DNA from: Thermostichus sp. DRC_bins_24
Lineage (GTDB): Bacteria; Cyanobacteriota; Cyanobacteriia; Thermostichales; Thermostichaceae
Reading direction: 5' to 3'
DNA length: 64,000 nt
Assembly (NCBI GenBank): GCA_039794845.1
Contig: JAUQVK010000025.1
Span: 1 to 64,000, forward strand
In this document: positions 19,269 to 28,824 of the stretch, in pieces
How the letters are laid out: each line of letters opens with the position of its first letter
Position numbering within the stretch: position 1 is the first letter of the stretch
Position numbers and translations under genes: made by a program
The notes under the pieces: model-generated
Database searches by the model: none
The model's input: the letters and a program-made list of their open reading frames with translations, nothing else
Told to the model about the DNA's origin: nothing

Positions 19269-19933
19269 TCACCATCGAGATAGGGTTTCAGGGTGGATTG
19301 CAACCGGGCGCGGGCCCGAGCAATACGGGATTTCACAGTGCCCAAAGACACCCCTGTAATTTCGGCAATTTCTTCATAGGCCATACCCTGAATTTCGCGC
19401 AGCAGAATGGTTTGGCGAAAGGCCGGTGGTAGATCTCGGACGGCCTGATGCAATTGCTCGTAAAACTCGCAGGTGGTGAGGTGATCGTGGGGGCTAGGGC
19501 TATCACTGGGTAGTTCCCACTCCATTTCGCTGTCGCGCATTGAAATGGGGGCATCCAGAGATAGGGGCTGCTGCTGACGCTTGCGCTTGCGCAGCTCGTC
19601 GTAAAAAAGGTTGGTGGCAATTCGACCCAACCAGCTGCGAAACTTGACCGGCTCCTGTAACCGCTTTAGGTGGCGGTAGGCACGGATCCACACTTCTTGG
19701 GCCAGATCGTGCCGGTCATGCCAGTCGGGGGCAAGGTGATAGAGTACCTTATCCACATGAGCTTGATAACGACGCATCAGCTCAGCAAAGGCTTCGCGGT
19801 GGGGCTGGGATCCCTGCTGACAGAGCAGCACCAGGTCCAGATCGGCGAGCTTTTCAGGCCGCACAGCCACACTCGTCGCCGAGATCGACCAGGGCTGACA
19901 AGGGATATCGCTGAGGGCAGCATTCATAAGCAT
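19265..19933 (-). CDS. sigG: ECF sigma factor SigG (RpoE-type)
   Basis: YHLAPDW.DR.DLAQEVWIR, FRSWLGRIATNLFYDELRKRKR, YEEIAEITGVSLGTVKSRIARAR. Start is ATG 19933 or 19927. Confidence 0.92.
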   Translation of the reverse strand: MLMNAALSDIPCQPWSISATSVAVRPEKLADLDLVLLCQQGSQPHREAFAELMRRYQAHVDKVLYHLAPDWHDRHDLAQEVWIRAYRHLKRLQEPVKFRSWLGRIATNLFYDELRKRKRQQQPLSLDAPISMRDSEMEWELPSDSPSPHDHLTTCEFYEQLHQAVRDLPPAFRQTILLREIQGMAYEEIAEITGVSLGTVKSRIARARARLQSTLKPYLDGE

Positions 19934-20207
19934 CCATGGAGTGAAAAGCAAAAATGGAGGGATCCCCTCCCGAGCAGAACCTTTATTCCTAGGACGAATT
20001 GGCAGAAGTAGGGTTCCCCTGCTCCCCCCATCCAATCGGCAGGAGGCCGGCGGACGAAGGGACAAGACCGTTCGCGCTTTCCCTGATTGTGACGCAAACT
20101 CCAGGGGACAAGTTACCCCAACCACCACACCACTTTTGCAGGATAGCCCGTGGCTCCGCCACTGGGCTACAGTGGGCTTGCCGAGTGCCCGGACAGCCTG
20201 ACAGCGC

Positions 20208-20948
20208 ATGACTTCTGATTCCCCTGCTGCCGATTCTCTATCTGCTGTTCTTGCCGAGCTCAAGGCTGTGCCGATGCTGACGGAGATCTCGGCGGCCTCT
20301 TTGCAATGGCTGGGATCCCAAGTGAAGCTGCGGGAGGTCCCGGCAGAACGGGCACTCTTCATGCAAGATGCCTGGGGCAGTGTTGTTTATTTGCTGCTCT
20401 CCGGCTGGGCCAAGGTACGGCGGGCTTTGCGGGTACCCACTGATGAGTCGGTGCAGGATAGCTCCAGAACCCTCGCAATTTTGGGGCCGGGCTCTTGGGT
20501 GGGGGAAATGGCCGTGCTGGACGAGTCCCCCCGTTCGCGGGATGTGCTGACGCTAACCCCGGTGCGGGTGGCCGGGATCCCGGCGGCAGTGTTCAGCGAA
20601 CTGATGCTACAGGAGCCACAGCTGTGTTACCAGCTGGCCTGTAGCCTTTCCCGCCGCCTGCGCCTGACCAACCTGCAAGCAGATCTCAGCCATCAAAGCC
20701 CGCCGGTACGACTGGTGCACACGCTGGTGCAGCTGGCAGAAGCCTTTGGCGAGAAAACCTCCCAAGGGGTGCGCATCTTTCACCCACCCCTGCAGGATTT
20801 GGCCGATATCAGCCAGATCAGCTTGCAGGCGGCGACGACTGTGTTGGATCGCTTTGTACAACAAGGGGTTGTGAAGTTGCTGCCGGAGCAACCATCGCTG
20901 CTGTTGGTGCAGTACGCCAAACTGGTAGAGGCCACCCGTTTGACCTAG
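20208..20948 (+). CDS. Crp/Fnr family transcriptional regulator
   Basis: cNMP-binding domain (GEMAVLDESPRS) plus C-terminal HTH (QDLADISQIS). Confidence 0.88.
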   Translation: MTSDSPAADSLSAVLAELKAVPMLTEISAASLQWLGSQVKLREVPAERALFMQDAWGSVVYLLLSGWAKVRRALRVPTDESVQDSSRTLAILGPGSWVGEMAVLDESPRSRDVLTLTPVRVAGIPAAVFSELMLQEPQLCYQLACSLSRRLRLTNLQADLSHQSPPVRLVHTLVQLAEAFGEKTSQGVRIFHPPLQDLADISQISLQAATTVLDRFVQQGVVKLLPEQPSLLLVQYAKLVEATRLT

Positions 20949-20967
20949 GTACTGCAGGGACTGCCCC

Positions 20968-21462
20968 ATGCGCCCACAACCCATTCCCCCACAGCCGGGA
21001 CAAGAATCCGTCTGGGACTATCCGCGCCCACCCCGCCTGGAGCCTACCTCAGCACTCGTGGAGGTGCAGTTCAACGGCCAGATCATTGCCAAAAGCCGGG
21101 GTTGCTACCGGGTTTTGGAAACCAGTCACCCGCCGGTGTACTACATTCCACCCGCCGACATCCAGATGCAATACCTGCGCCCCAGTTCACGCACCTCCTT
21201 CTGTGAGTTCAAGGGATCCGCCCATTACTGGACCCTCAAGGTCGGTTCCCAAACTGCTGAGGATGCCGCCTGGAGTTACCCGGATCCCAGCCCGGACTTT
21301 TTGCCCATCCGCGATTATCTCGCCTTCTATCCCGGGCGGATGGAAGCCTGTCGGGTGGATGGAGAAGAGGTGCAACCCCAACCTGGGGGCTTTTATGGCG
21401 GTTGGATCACCCACAAGGTGGTGGGACCTTTCAAGGGTGGGCCGGGCAGTTGGAGTTGGTAA
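20968..21462 (+). CDS. DUF427 (NTP_transf_9) protein
   Basis: ESVWDYPRPP, LETSHPPVYYIP, CEFKG.A.YW, QPGGFYGGWIT. Confidence 0.9.
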   Translation: MRPQPIPPQPGQESVWDYPRPPRLEPTSALVEVQFNGQIIAKSRGCYRVLETSHPPVYYIPPADIQMQYLRPSSRTSFCEFKGSAHYWTLKVGSQTAEDAAWSYPDPSPDFLPIRDYLAFYPGRMEACRVDGEEVQPQPGGFYGGWITHKVVGPFKGGPGSWSW

Positions 21463-21761
21463 TCCTTTTCAAGAGCACTCAAAACCCGCAGTCGGGTCTG
21501 GATCCCAACGCAGGGGATCCCTTTTGCAGGCGAAAAAGACTAAAGTAAATCTGATTAATTGTTCTCGACGGCCGGTGATCACGCTAGGTGTAGGTTTATG
21601 ATTTTGACCCTACCTCGTAGATCCTGCACATTTCGTCCACAGTTGGTTGCCAATCCTGCTTCTCTGACAGGGGGCCGCAGGCAGAGGGTGTTCCAGATTC
21701 TGGGGCACGAGCGTAGGGAGGACGAGCTTTCGGTGATTCGACAGGAGAGCAGACAGGAACC

Positions 21762-23762
21762 ATGACGGTGCGGGTGGCCCTCGACTACTATCGGGTTTTG
21801 ATGCTGTCGGCACGGGCAGATGAGCATCAAATTGAGCAAGCGTACCAGGAACGCATCGACTTCAAACCAGGGGAACGCTCTTGGTTGCTGGGGTTTTCAC
21901 CACAGGCCGTAGAGGGTCGAACCCAGCTGATCCAGGAGGCGGCCTCTGTCTTGCTCAACCCTGAGGCACGCCAAAACTACGATGAACATCTGACTCCCGC
22001 AGATCCTACCCTGGCAGTGGAGGAACCGCTCCTGGCGGGGGTGCTCTGTCTGTATTGTGAGTCCGGGGAATATCAAGCCGCGCTGGATTTGGCTCAAGCC
22101 ATGTTGGATCAGGGGCACCCTGCTCGTGCGGATGCCATTTTGTCACGGGCCATCGGTCGTCTGGAGTTGGGTCGAGAAGCTTGGCAACAGGGATCCTACG
22201 AAGAGGCGGCGCGTTCTTTACAGGCGGGGCTGGCAGAGCTGGAGGAGTACCAGGCTTTTCCGCAGATGCAGGCGGAGATCCGCGTCGATTTGGGTAAGCT
22301 GCGCCCCTACCGCATTTTGCAGCTCCTCAGCCCTCCTGCCCCCGCCGAAACCGGCACGGAGACTTTGGGGGATCCCGCCCTGATGCGACAGCAGGGGCTC
22401 ACCCTGCTCAAGGCGATGCTGGATGAACGACGCGGCATTGAGGGAACCGGCCAAGATGGCTCTGGCCTCAGCACCGAGGATTTTCTGCGCTTTATCCAAC
22501 GGGTTCGCCGCCAACTGACCTTGAAGGAGCAACAGGAGCTGTTCGAGCGGGAGGCAGAGCGGCCCTCGATGGTGGCGGCTTACCTGGCGGTGCAGGTGTT
22601 GCTGGCGGGAGGGTACCTAGAAAATCGTCCGGCACTGGTGCGGCGTGCCCGTGGCTATCTGGCGCGGCTGGCACAGCGGCAGGACGTGCATTTGGAACAG
22701 GCCATCTGCAGTCTGTTGCTGGGGCGCACCGAAGAGGCTCTTGAGCATCTGCACTCCGCCCAAGAGGAGGAGGCGTTGCAATTCATTGCCGAACACTCCG
22801 CCGGATCCCCCGACTATCTACCTGGCCTTTGCCGCTTCACCGAAAAGTGGTTTGAGGTGGAGGTGTTCCCCGAATTCCATGGGCTGGAACCGGCTCAAGC
22901 CACCCTGCAAGCCTATTTTGATAACCCGCAGGTGCAGGCTTATCTGGATGAGATGCCCAGCCGCGAAGACCCGCTGGAGGGGATCCCTGGCTTGCTGCCT
23001 CCTCAAGCCCCAAGCCCGCCCCCCCATTTGCCCGCCATGGTGGGGGGCTCGCGGGCCTCTGAGCAAACGCAAGAGCTGCCTCGCCCGACTGCTCCTGTGC
23101 AACGGGGAGGGCCCCTGCCCCCCCCAGCCACGTCGCTAGACCCCCCGCGCATGTCGGATTTGCCCTCCTACCGGGGCACCGCTAGGCCAGAGGGCTCCTC
23201 CTTAGGGGATGAGATCCCTTACGCCCATGATCGTGGTTTGCCAGGTGTGGAGCGTCTCCGTCGCAGTCGCTCCGGGCCCAGGCGCAGTCGTGGGGAGCGT
23301 CCTGCTATTCCCGCCGCAGTTCGTCTGGCCGGGGTGGTGAGCATTGGCATCCTTTCTCTGCTGGTGATCTGGCAAATGCTGCGGGGTCTGTTCACCCCAC
23401 CGCCTGCGCCGCCAATTGAGCAGCCTCAGGTACAGATTGATCAGCCGCCGGTTGCCATCGCCGATCCCGGCCAAACCGAACCTCCGCCCCTGCCTGAGCC
23501 CGAGCTCACCGGCCCCTTAGCCGAGTGGCAAGGGGTACAACAGGTGCGGGTGATCTCGAACGATGGGATCAATATTCGCCAGCAGCCCAGCCTAACGGGA
23601 GCAATCGTCGGGGCAGCCCCCCGCCAAGCCCTGCTGCGGGTGGTGGAGGTACAGGCTGGGGAGGGACAGGTGCCCGTCTGGTTGCGCATCGAGCGGGACG
23701 GTGCCCCGGGGGGGTGGGTTGCCGCCCAGTCGGGCTCTACCCGTTTGGTGGAACGGCCCTAA
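21762..23762 (+). CDS. ftn2: Cell division protein Ftn2/ZipN (ARC6 homolog) with C-terminal SH3b-like domain
   Basis: LDYYRVL J-like N-domain, LGKLRPYRILQLL, RGIEG.G.DGSGL...DFL.FIQ, QDVHLEQAICSLLLG, D.LPGLC; TM followed by INIRQQPS...W..I...GWV. Confidence 0.88.
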   Translation: MTVRVALDYYRVLMLSARADEHQIEQAYQERIDFKPGERSWLLGFSPQAVEGRTQLIQEAASVLLNPEARQNYDEHLTPADPTLAVEEPLLAGVLCLYCESGEYQAALDLAQAMLDQGHPARADAILSRAIGRLELGREAWQQGSYEEAARSLQAGLAELEEYQAFPQMQAEIRVDLGKLRPYRILQLLSPPAPAETGTETLGDPALMRQQGLTLLKAMLDERRGIEGTGQDGSGLSTEDFLRFIQRVRRQLTLKEQQELFEREAERPSMVAAYLAVQVLLAGGYLENRPALVRRARGYLARLAQRQDVHLEQAICSLLLGRTEEALEHLHSAQEEEALQFIAEHSAGSPDYLPGLCRFTEKWFEVEVFPEFHGLEPAQATLQAYFDNPQVQAYLDEMPSREDPLEGIPGLLPPQAPSPPPHLPAMVGGSRASEQTQELPRPTAPVQRGGPLPPPATSLDPPRMSDLPSYRGTARPEGSSLGDEIPYAHDRGLPGVERLRRSRSGPRRSRGERPAIPAAVRLAGVVSIGILSLLVIWQMLRGLFTPPPAPPIEQPQVQIDQPPVAIADPGQTEPPPLPEPELTGPLAEWQGVQQVRVISNDGINIRQQPSLTGAIVGAAPRQALLRVVEVQAGEGQVPVWLRIERDGAPGGWVAAQSGSTRLVERP

Positions 23763-23771
23763 GGGTCTCTC

Positions 23772-23845
23772 GTAAACTACCCGACGCAATGCCTAACGGT
23801 AGGCTCACGCCAACACGCTACCGGGTAGAGTGCGGGGCTCCTGCT
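23772..23845 (-). mobile_element. Orphan IS200/IS605-type right-end / reRNA-like remnant
   Basis: Shares TAGGCATTGCGTC (13/13) and CCCGC.CTCTACCCG with the tnpB end at 99-127; ends GGGTAGTTTAC; CTACCCG/CGGGTAG stem. Confidence 0.65.
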
Positions 23846-23919
23846 GCAATATGCTGAAGCTCTTCGCTACCTGAGTTCTGCTCCTTTATTGGGGATGGTT
23901 TGCTCCCCTCCCGCTGGTT

Positions 23920-24906
23920 GTGGATATTCTGCGCAATGCCCCGCTAGGGGTTTACCTGGAAGAACCCCATACTTGGCTGCATCGTCTGGATCCACGGGTC
24001 AAGCTGATCTGGCTGCTGAGTGTGCTGCTCAGCCCGATTTTGGCCAGCAATGTTTGGCGCCTGGCGGTGCTGGTGGCACTGTTGTTGTTAACGGTTGGGG
24101 CCCACCTACCCCGCCGGGTCTGGTCGCGCCAGCTCTCTTGGGTTTTGGCCTTGAGCCTGCTCACCTTCGGAATCACCAGCTTGGCCCCGGATGGCCTGGG
24201 AGTCTTCCCCCAGCCGCAACGGCAGGATGTACAGGTGGTGGGCTACGGGTTGATCCCGAGCCCGGACTCTGAATTGGAGCAGGCAAAGGACTCCGTCCCG
24301 CTGACGCGAGCGGCCAGCCGTGCCTGGCAAGAACAAGCTCGTCGGTGGCCAGCCTCCTATCGCTACCGTCTGGCTCACTTTTCCCTGCTGGGGCGAACCT
24401 TTCAGATCACCCGCCGTTCTTTGTCGGTGGCCCTGCGGCTGGGCACCCTGATTTTCACGCTGCTCTATGCCACCAATTTGTTCCTGCTCACCACGGCCTC
24501 GGAGGAGATTACCGAAGGGATTGGGCGACTCCTACAGCCTCTGAAACGCTGGGGATTGCCGGTTGCAGAGGTCATTCTCACCCTCACCCTGGCGCTGCGC
24601 TTTCTGCCCCTGGTCATGGAGGAGGTGCAGAATTTGGTGCGGGCAGTGCGGACTCGGGATGTGCGCTGGGGATCCCTGAGCTTTCGGGGGGGCATTCAAA
24701 CCCTGCTGGCGCTGGTGGAGCGCTTTTTTGAAAACTTGCTCCTGCGGGCAGAACAAACAGCAGCAGCCATGCAAGCCCGTGGGTTAACCGGCCCCGATCA
24801 CCCCCTGCGCTGGCACCCTTTACGGTTGCGACGGCTGGATCGCTGGCTGCTGGCTCTACTCCCCTTGTTTTGGTTGGTACGAATAGTGGGCTTTAGTCAG
24901 GTTTAG
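23920..24906 (+). CDS. ECF transporter transmembrane T component (CbiQ/EcfT)
   Basis: LHRLDPRVKL, LLTT..EEI..G, LRFLPLVMEEVQNL.RA..TR, AMQARG. Confidence 0.9.
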   Translation: MDILRNAPLGVYLEEPHTWLHRLDPRVKLIWLLSVLLSPILASNVWRLAVLVALLLLTVGAHLPRRVWSRQLSWVLALSLLTFGITSLAPDGLGVFPQPQRQDVQVVGYGLIPSPDSELEQAKDSVPLTRAASRAWQEQARRWPASYRYRLAHFSLLGRTFQITRRSLSVALRLGTLIFTLLYATNLFLLTTASEEITEGIGRLLQPLKRWGLPVAEVILTLTLALRFLPLVMEEVQNLVRAVRTRDVRWGSLSFRGGIQTLLALVERFFENLLLRAEQTAAAMQARGLTGPDHPLRWHPLRLRRLDRWLLALLPLFWLVRIVGFSQV

Positions 24907-25008
24907 ATCCGGGTTGGGAGTGTTGCGATCACGTCGTGAGCATTGAGAATCATTGAGATAGATGGGGTAAAGACTTGGACCAAAAGGATAAGGGCTTCAT
25001 GGGGAGAC

Positions 25009-27864
25009 TCAGGTTACCGAACCAACCTCCTCGCTGCCCACCGGTAAAAGTAGGCGAGAGACGTAGCGCCCATCGGAAGACTGATAAAAGGAGAGCTGCC
25101 CCCCCATTCGCTGCACCATCCGTTGGCACAGACTCAGCTCTAAGCCGGGGCTAACCGTGAGGGGAGACTTGAGCAGGGGATCCGCGTAGATCACCATCTC
25201 CGGATCCAGCTGCAGCGCCGCCATCAAGTTGGGATCAAAGCTGCCCTGATCCACCACCAACAGCTCCACATAGCCATCACTTGCCTGACTCCACAAATCC
25301 AGCCGCCCCCCCTCGGGGCTGCGCAGGGCCGCCGCCATCAACATCTCCCAGAGAATCATCTCCAATCGTCCTGGATCCCCCTGGACGGCGATGCCCATAT
25401 CCCCGTGGGCCCGTGGCCACAGTTTGCGTTTTTGGGTAAGGCTCTCCAGTCGGCGCAGCCCCTTGCGCACCAAAGCCGCCAGGGGTACGCTCGTCGATTC
25501 CGGCTGTACTTGCCAAGCCTCCGACTGCAACAACGGCCCGGTGTGGATGGTCAAATCCCGCAGGCCTCTGCCGATCTCCACCACCTTCTGCCAGCGGGTG
25601 GCCTCGTCCCCCGGGGTTTCCGGCACCTGACCGAGGCGGCGCAGGTTCTCCAGAAGGGTATTTTGCATATCCAGCAGACGACGATGCTTGTACCAGTTCA
25701 GCTCGCTGAGCACCTCCTGTCGCTCTTGCAGGGTTTGGATCCAGAGCAAGCGCCGCAATGTCCAGCAGCAGGTTTGGGCAACCACCATCACCGCTGCCCG
25801 TTCGTAGGGATCCCAGATTTTGCCCGCTTCAGCCCCCAAGATCAAAACCCCCAGAGGAGCCAGCAGATCGGCACCGGATCCCAGGGGCATGAGCAGCCAG
25901 GATCCCAAGCCGACGGAATTTAACCAGCTGCGGCTGGCAGGGGGGATCTGTTCGTGGGTGAGGGACAGAGGCTCTACCGATTGCAGCGCGTAAGCCAGTA
26001 GGGGATCCTGCAGATCGATCTCGGTGGGGCCGGTAGGACGAACCTCGGAAGTCGTGGCAAAGGGCGGTTGCAGTTGGCCGTGACCGGCCCCCGGACGCCA
26101 ACTGACCACCAGAGCCAAGGGGATCCCGAGCAGTTGGGCCGTTTGTTGAACGGTGGTGTTGTAGATCTCCGGCAGGGTGGTCAGGTTTTGCAGGGTGATG
26201 CAGGTGGTGCTCAGCCCGCTCAGCAGTTGCCCTTGCCGCTGGCGAGCTTCCTCCAATTGGCTTTGGCGCAAGACTACCCCCAGTTGTTGGGCGATCCCCC
26301 GCAGCAGTTGCCGTTCTTCTCGGCTCCAGGCCCGCAGTTGTTGGTGCATGACCAGGATCAGCCCTTCAATGGGGGTGGCGTTGCCGTCCCCCCCATGGCC
26401 GGTGTAGGTGAGCATCAGGGATCGCGTGCCCAAGGTTGCGAATTCTTGCCGCCAGGAGAGCAGGCGCAGATCTTGGTCGTAGTTTTCTGCCACCAGCACC
26501 TCGCTGCGCAGCAGATCCCCCCAATCTTGTTCGCTCAAGGGGCTGAATTGCTTGGGCAGGGGCTGCTTGCCCTCGCTGCGGTACTCGTAAAAAAGGCGGG
26601 GGGTTTGGCTGCCGGGATCCAACATCAGCACGACCACAGCACTGGCTTTCAGGCGCTGCCCCAAACCGATAATGGCTTGCTGTAGAGCCTGCTGCAGATC
26701 CGCCTGGCTGTAGACGGAGCGGGCCACCTGTTGCACAAACTCTTGGTCACCGGCCAACTGTCGCACCATGCGATCCAGAGTTTCCAGGGGGGTGGCCAGG
26801 GCCAACCAGTTCCCGGCGGCTGCCACCAACTGCCGCTCGATGTCCTGCCAGGTGCGGGGCACATCCGATTCAACACTGATAAATCCGAGCAGGTCCTTTT
26901 GCAACAAAATCGGGGCTGCCAAAACTGCCTGGGCCCGCAACTGCTGCATCAGTTTGGGGGTGATCTCAGAGCGCGTGGTGCCCGTGGCATCACTGGCCAC
27001 CACCACCTGTCCATCGGCGAGGGTGTAGTACATATCCCCCAGTTCCCGTAGCAGTAGGTTGCCATCCCGGGTGGGTGTCGGGGCGGCTCCGGGTTTGGCC
27101 CCTTTGGGGGGAGGGGGGTTGGCCTTGGAGGGGCTGATCTGGGGGATAAACTGCCCCTGGCCGCGCTCATGCCAATACACCTGAACGCGCACTGCGCCGA
27201 TGAAGGACTGCAACTCTTGTGTGACCAAACTCACCCGCTCCTGCAGGGATCCGGCTTGGCGCATGGCGATCCCGAGGGCCAGGAGGGGATCCTCAAGGCG
27301 CCTTTCGGTCTGCTGTTTCCAGGCATTTTCCAACTGCTGCAACGAAGCCGCCAACTGTCCCAGCAGAATGCCCAAGAGGGCTTTTTCTTCTTCGCTGGTG
27401 GTAATGCCCCACACCTGGGATCCCAGCATCAGCACTCCTAAGCACCGCCGCTGGCTGCGAATCGGATGGATCAAACAGCCCTGGATCCCGCCCAATCGCT
27501 TCGCCTCCCGCTGCCAGATACCCATGCGTGGCTCCTGGGACATATCCGGCAGGCTGATCGGCCGCTGTTCGATCACCACCTGCTCCATGATCTCCCCCGG
27601 CTGCAGGGGGTGTACCGCTCGCAACAGGGTTTGATCTTCGGTGAGGGTGACCCCCCCCTGGCCCACCAACTGATGATTTTGGTAGTCGTAAAGAGCCAAC
27701 CAGATCAGCGGCGCCACAAACACGGCCCCGATGTAGTCGAGGGTGAGCTGAATCAGCACCTTAGCATCCGTCTGCTCCCGCATCTGCTGCAACGTGGCTT
27801 GGAGGGCCACTAGGGGCGTCGTCGCCTCAGAGCCACCCGAGTAGTGGGGAACAGACTGAACCAT
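25009..27864 (-). CDS. Multi-GAF sensor with degenerate histidine-kinase-like output
   Basis: Three to four GAF-like repeats (..P I...GVL...W...E..LL) and a C-terminal HATPase-like fold (VDQG, GLELSLCQ..V..MGG). Confidence 0.82.
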   Translation of the reverse strand: MVQSVPHYSGGSEATTPLVALQATLQQMREQTDAKVLIQLTLDYIGAVFVAPLIWLALYDYQNHQLVGQGGVTLTEDQTLLRAVHPLQPGEIMEQVVIEQRPISLPDMSQEPRMGIWQREAKRLGGIQGCLIHPIRSQRRCLGVLMLGSQVWGITTSEEEKALLGILLGQLAASLQQLENAWKQQTERRLEDPLLALGIAMRQAGSLQERVSLVTQELQSFIGAVRVQVYWHERGQGQFIPQISPSKANPPPPKGAKPGAAPTPTRDGNLLLRELGDMYYTLADGQVVVASDATGTTRSEITPKLMQQLRAQAVLAAPILLQKDLLGFISVESDVPRTWQDIERQLVAAAGNWLALATPLETLDRMVRQLAGDQEFVQQVARSVYSQADLQQALQQAIIGLGQRLKASAVVVLMLDPGSQTPRLFYEYRSEGKQPLPKQFSPLSEQDWGDLLRSEVLVAENYDQDLRLLSWRQEFATLGTRSLMLTYTGHGGDGNATPIEGLILVMHQQLRAWSREERQLLRGIAQQLGVVLRQSQLEEARQRQGQLLSGLSTTCITLQNLTTLPEIYNTTVQQTAQLLGIPLALVVSWRPGAGHGQLQPPFATTSEVRPTGPTEIDLQDPLLAYALQSVEPLSLTHEQIPPASRSWLNSVGLGSWLLMPLGSGADLLAPLGVLILGAEAGKIWDPYERAAVMVVAQTCCWTLRRLLWIQTLQERQEVLSELNWYKHRRLLDMQNTLLENLRRLGQVPETPGDEATRWQKVVEIGRGLRDLTIHTGPLLQSEAWQVQPESTSVPLAALVRKGLRRLESLTQKRKLWPRAHGDMGIAVQGDPGRLEMILWEMLMAAALRSPEGGRLDLWSQASDGYVELLVVDQGSFDPNLMAALQLDPEMVIYADPLLKSPLTVSPGLELSLCQRMVQRMGGQLSFYQSSDGRYVSRLLLPVGSEEVGSVT

Positions 27865-28004
27865 ATGCAAGCTCTCCCAGCAACAAAAGAGCAACAAAAA
27901 GCTGCATCAGCCAGAGTCTGGCTCACCTTGAGCTTAGCCCCCAAATCGGAGGCTGGGTAGCGCTTGCGGCTGGGAGAAGCCTCAGGGAGAGGGGTAACGT
28001 TTGT

Positions 28005-28625
28005 TTAGTGTCCTTGAACCGGGATGCCGCGCAATTTGTGAGTGTTGGTTACCAAGCTCTGAACAAAGCGCTGAAAGCGTTGTTGTAAGCTCTCATCCTT
28101 GAGATTGCCCTGCTCATCAAAAGCGTTCCAAGCCCGACCGATAGCGATTTGATCGGGGATTACCCAGCCGCGCACCCAGCGCACGATCAAACGCATTTGG
28201 TTGAGGGTGTTGCTGTTGGTTTCACCCCCCAAAACGCTGATCAAGCCGAAGACCTTGCCCTCCAGTTGGTCAAAGCTCAAGAGGTCTAGGGCGTTTTTCA
28301 AGCTGCCGCTGATGCTGCCGTGGTACTCGGGGCTGGCCAGAATGATCCCATCCGCCTGCTTCAGGGTTTCTTGCAAAACCACCACATCGGGATACTCCGC
28401 ATACGATTCTGAGCCATCCACAAAGGGCAGGTTCATCTGCCGCAGATCAAGAATACGCAGTTGGATCCCCAGTTTTTCAAACTCGCGCCGCGCCACCTCC
28501 AACGCCCGATAGGTGGAGGAATTGGGCCGCATGCTGCCCCCAATCGCCACAAAACGCGCCGGAGAAGCTGTCGTTACAGTGGTTTGCGGATCGACAGTAA
28601 GGGGCTGAAGGGTTGAGGTAGACAT
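28005..28625 (-). CDS. NADPH-dependent FMN reductase
   Basis: GGSMRPNS, ADGIILASPEYHGSISGSLKNALD. Confidence 0.93.
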   Translation of the reverse strand: MSTSTLQPLTVDPQTTVTTASPARFVAIGGSMRPNSSTYRALEVARREFEKLGIQLRILDLRQMNLPFVDGSESYAEYPDVVVLQETLKQADGIILASPEYHGSISGSLKNALDLLSFDQLEGKVFGLISVLGGETNSNTLNQMRLIVRWVRGWVIPDQIAIGRAWNAFDEQGNLKDESLQQRFQRFVQSLVTNTHKLRGIPVQGH

Positions 28626-28824
28626 AGGCCGAGTTCCCAAACAAACATTACTCTGGTTACGAACAATCTTAACTCATACTAAATCCGGCTTGTAAAGATC
28701 CCTTTAGCTTTTTCATCCCTTTAGCTTTTTCGGCGGGTAGACCGCAGGTCGTTCCTAGCCCCGCACCCTATAGGATGGGGGATAGGATGGGGGTCGGGAT
28801 GAAAGCCGAGTGAGGTTCTCGGGT

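Noticed and set aside
19934..20362. N-terminal extension of the sigG ORF to 365 aa
   Set aside because: It overlaps the divergent Crp gene, and similarity to SigG starts only near 19930.
21559..21765. Short ORF upstream of ftn2
   Set aside because: No recognisable family or clear RBS; more likely promoter or UTR.
28698..28800. Short duplications TCCCTTTAGCTTTTT x2 and TAGGATGGGGG x2
   Set aside because: Simple local duplications with no array structure or evidence of function.
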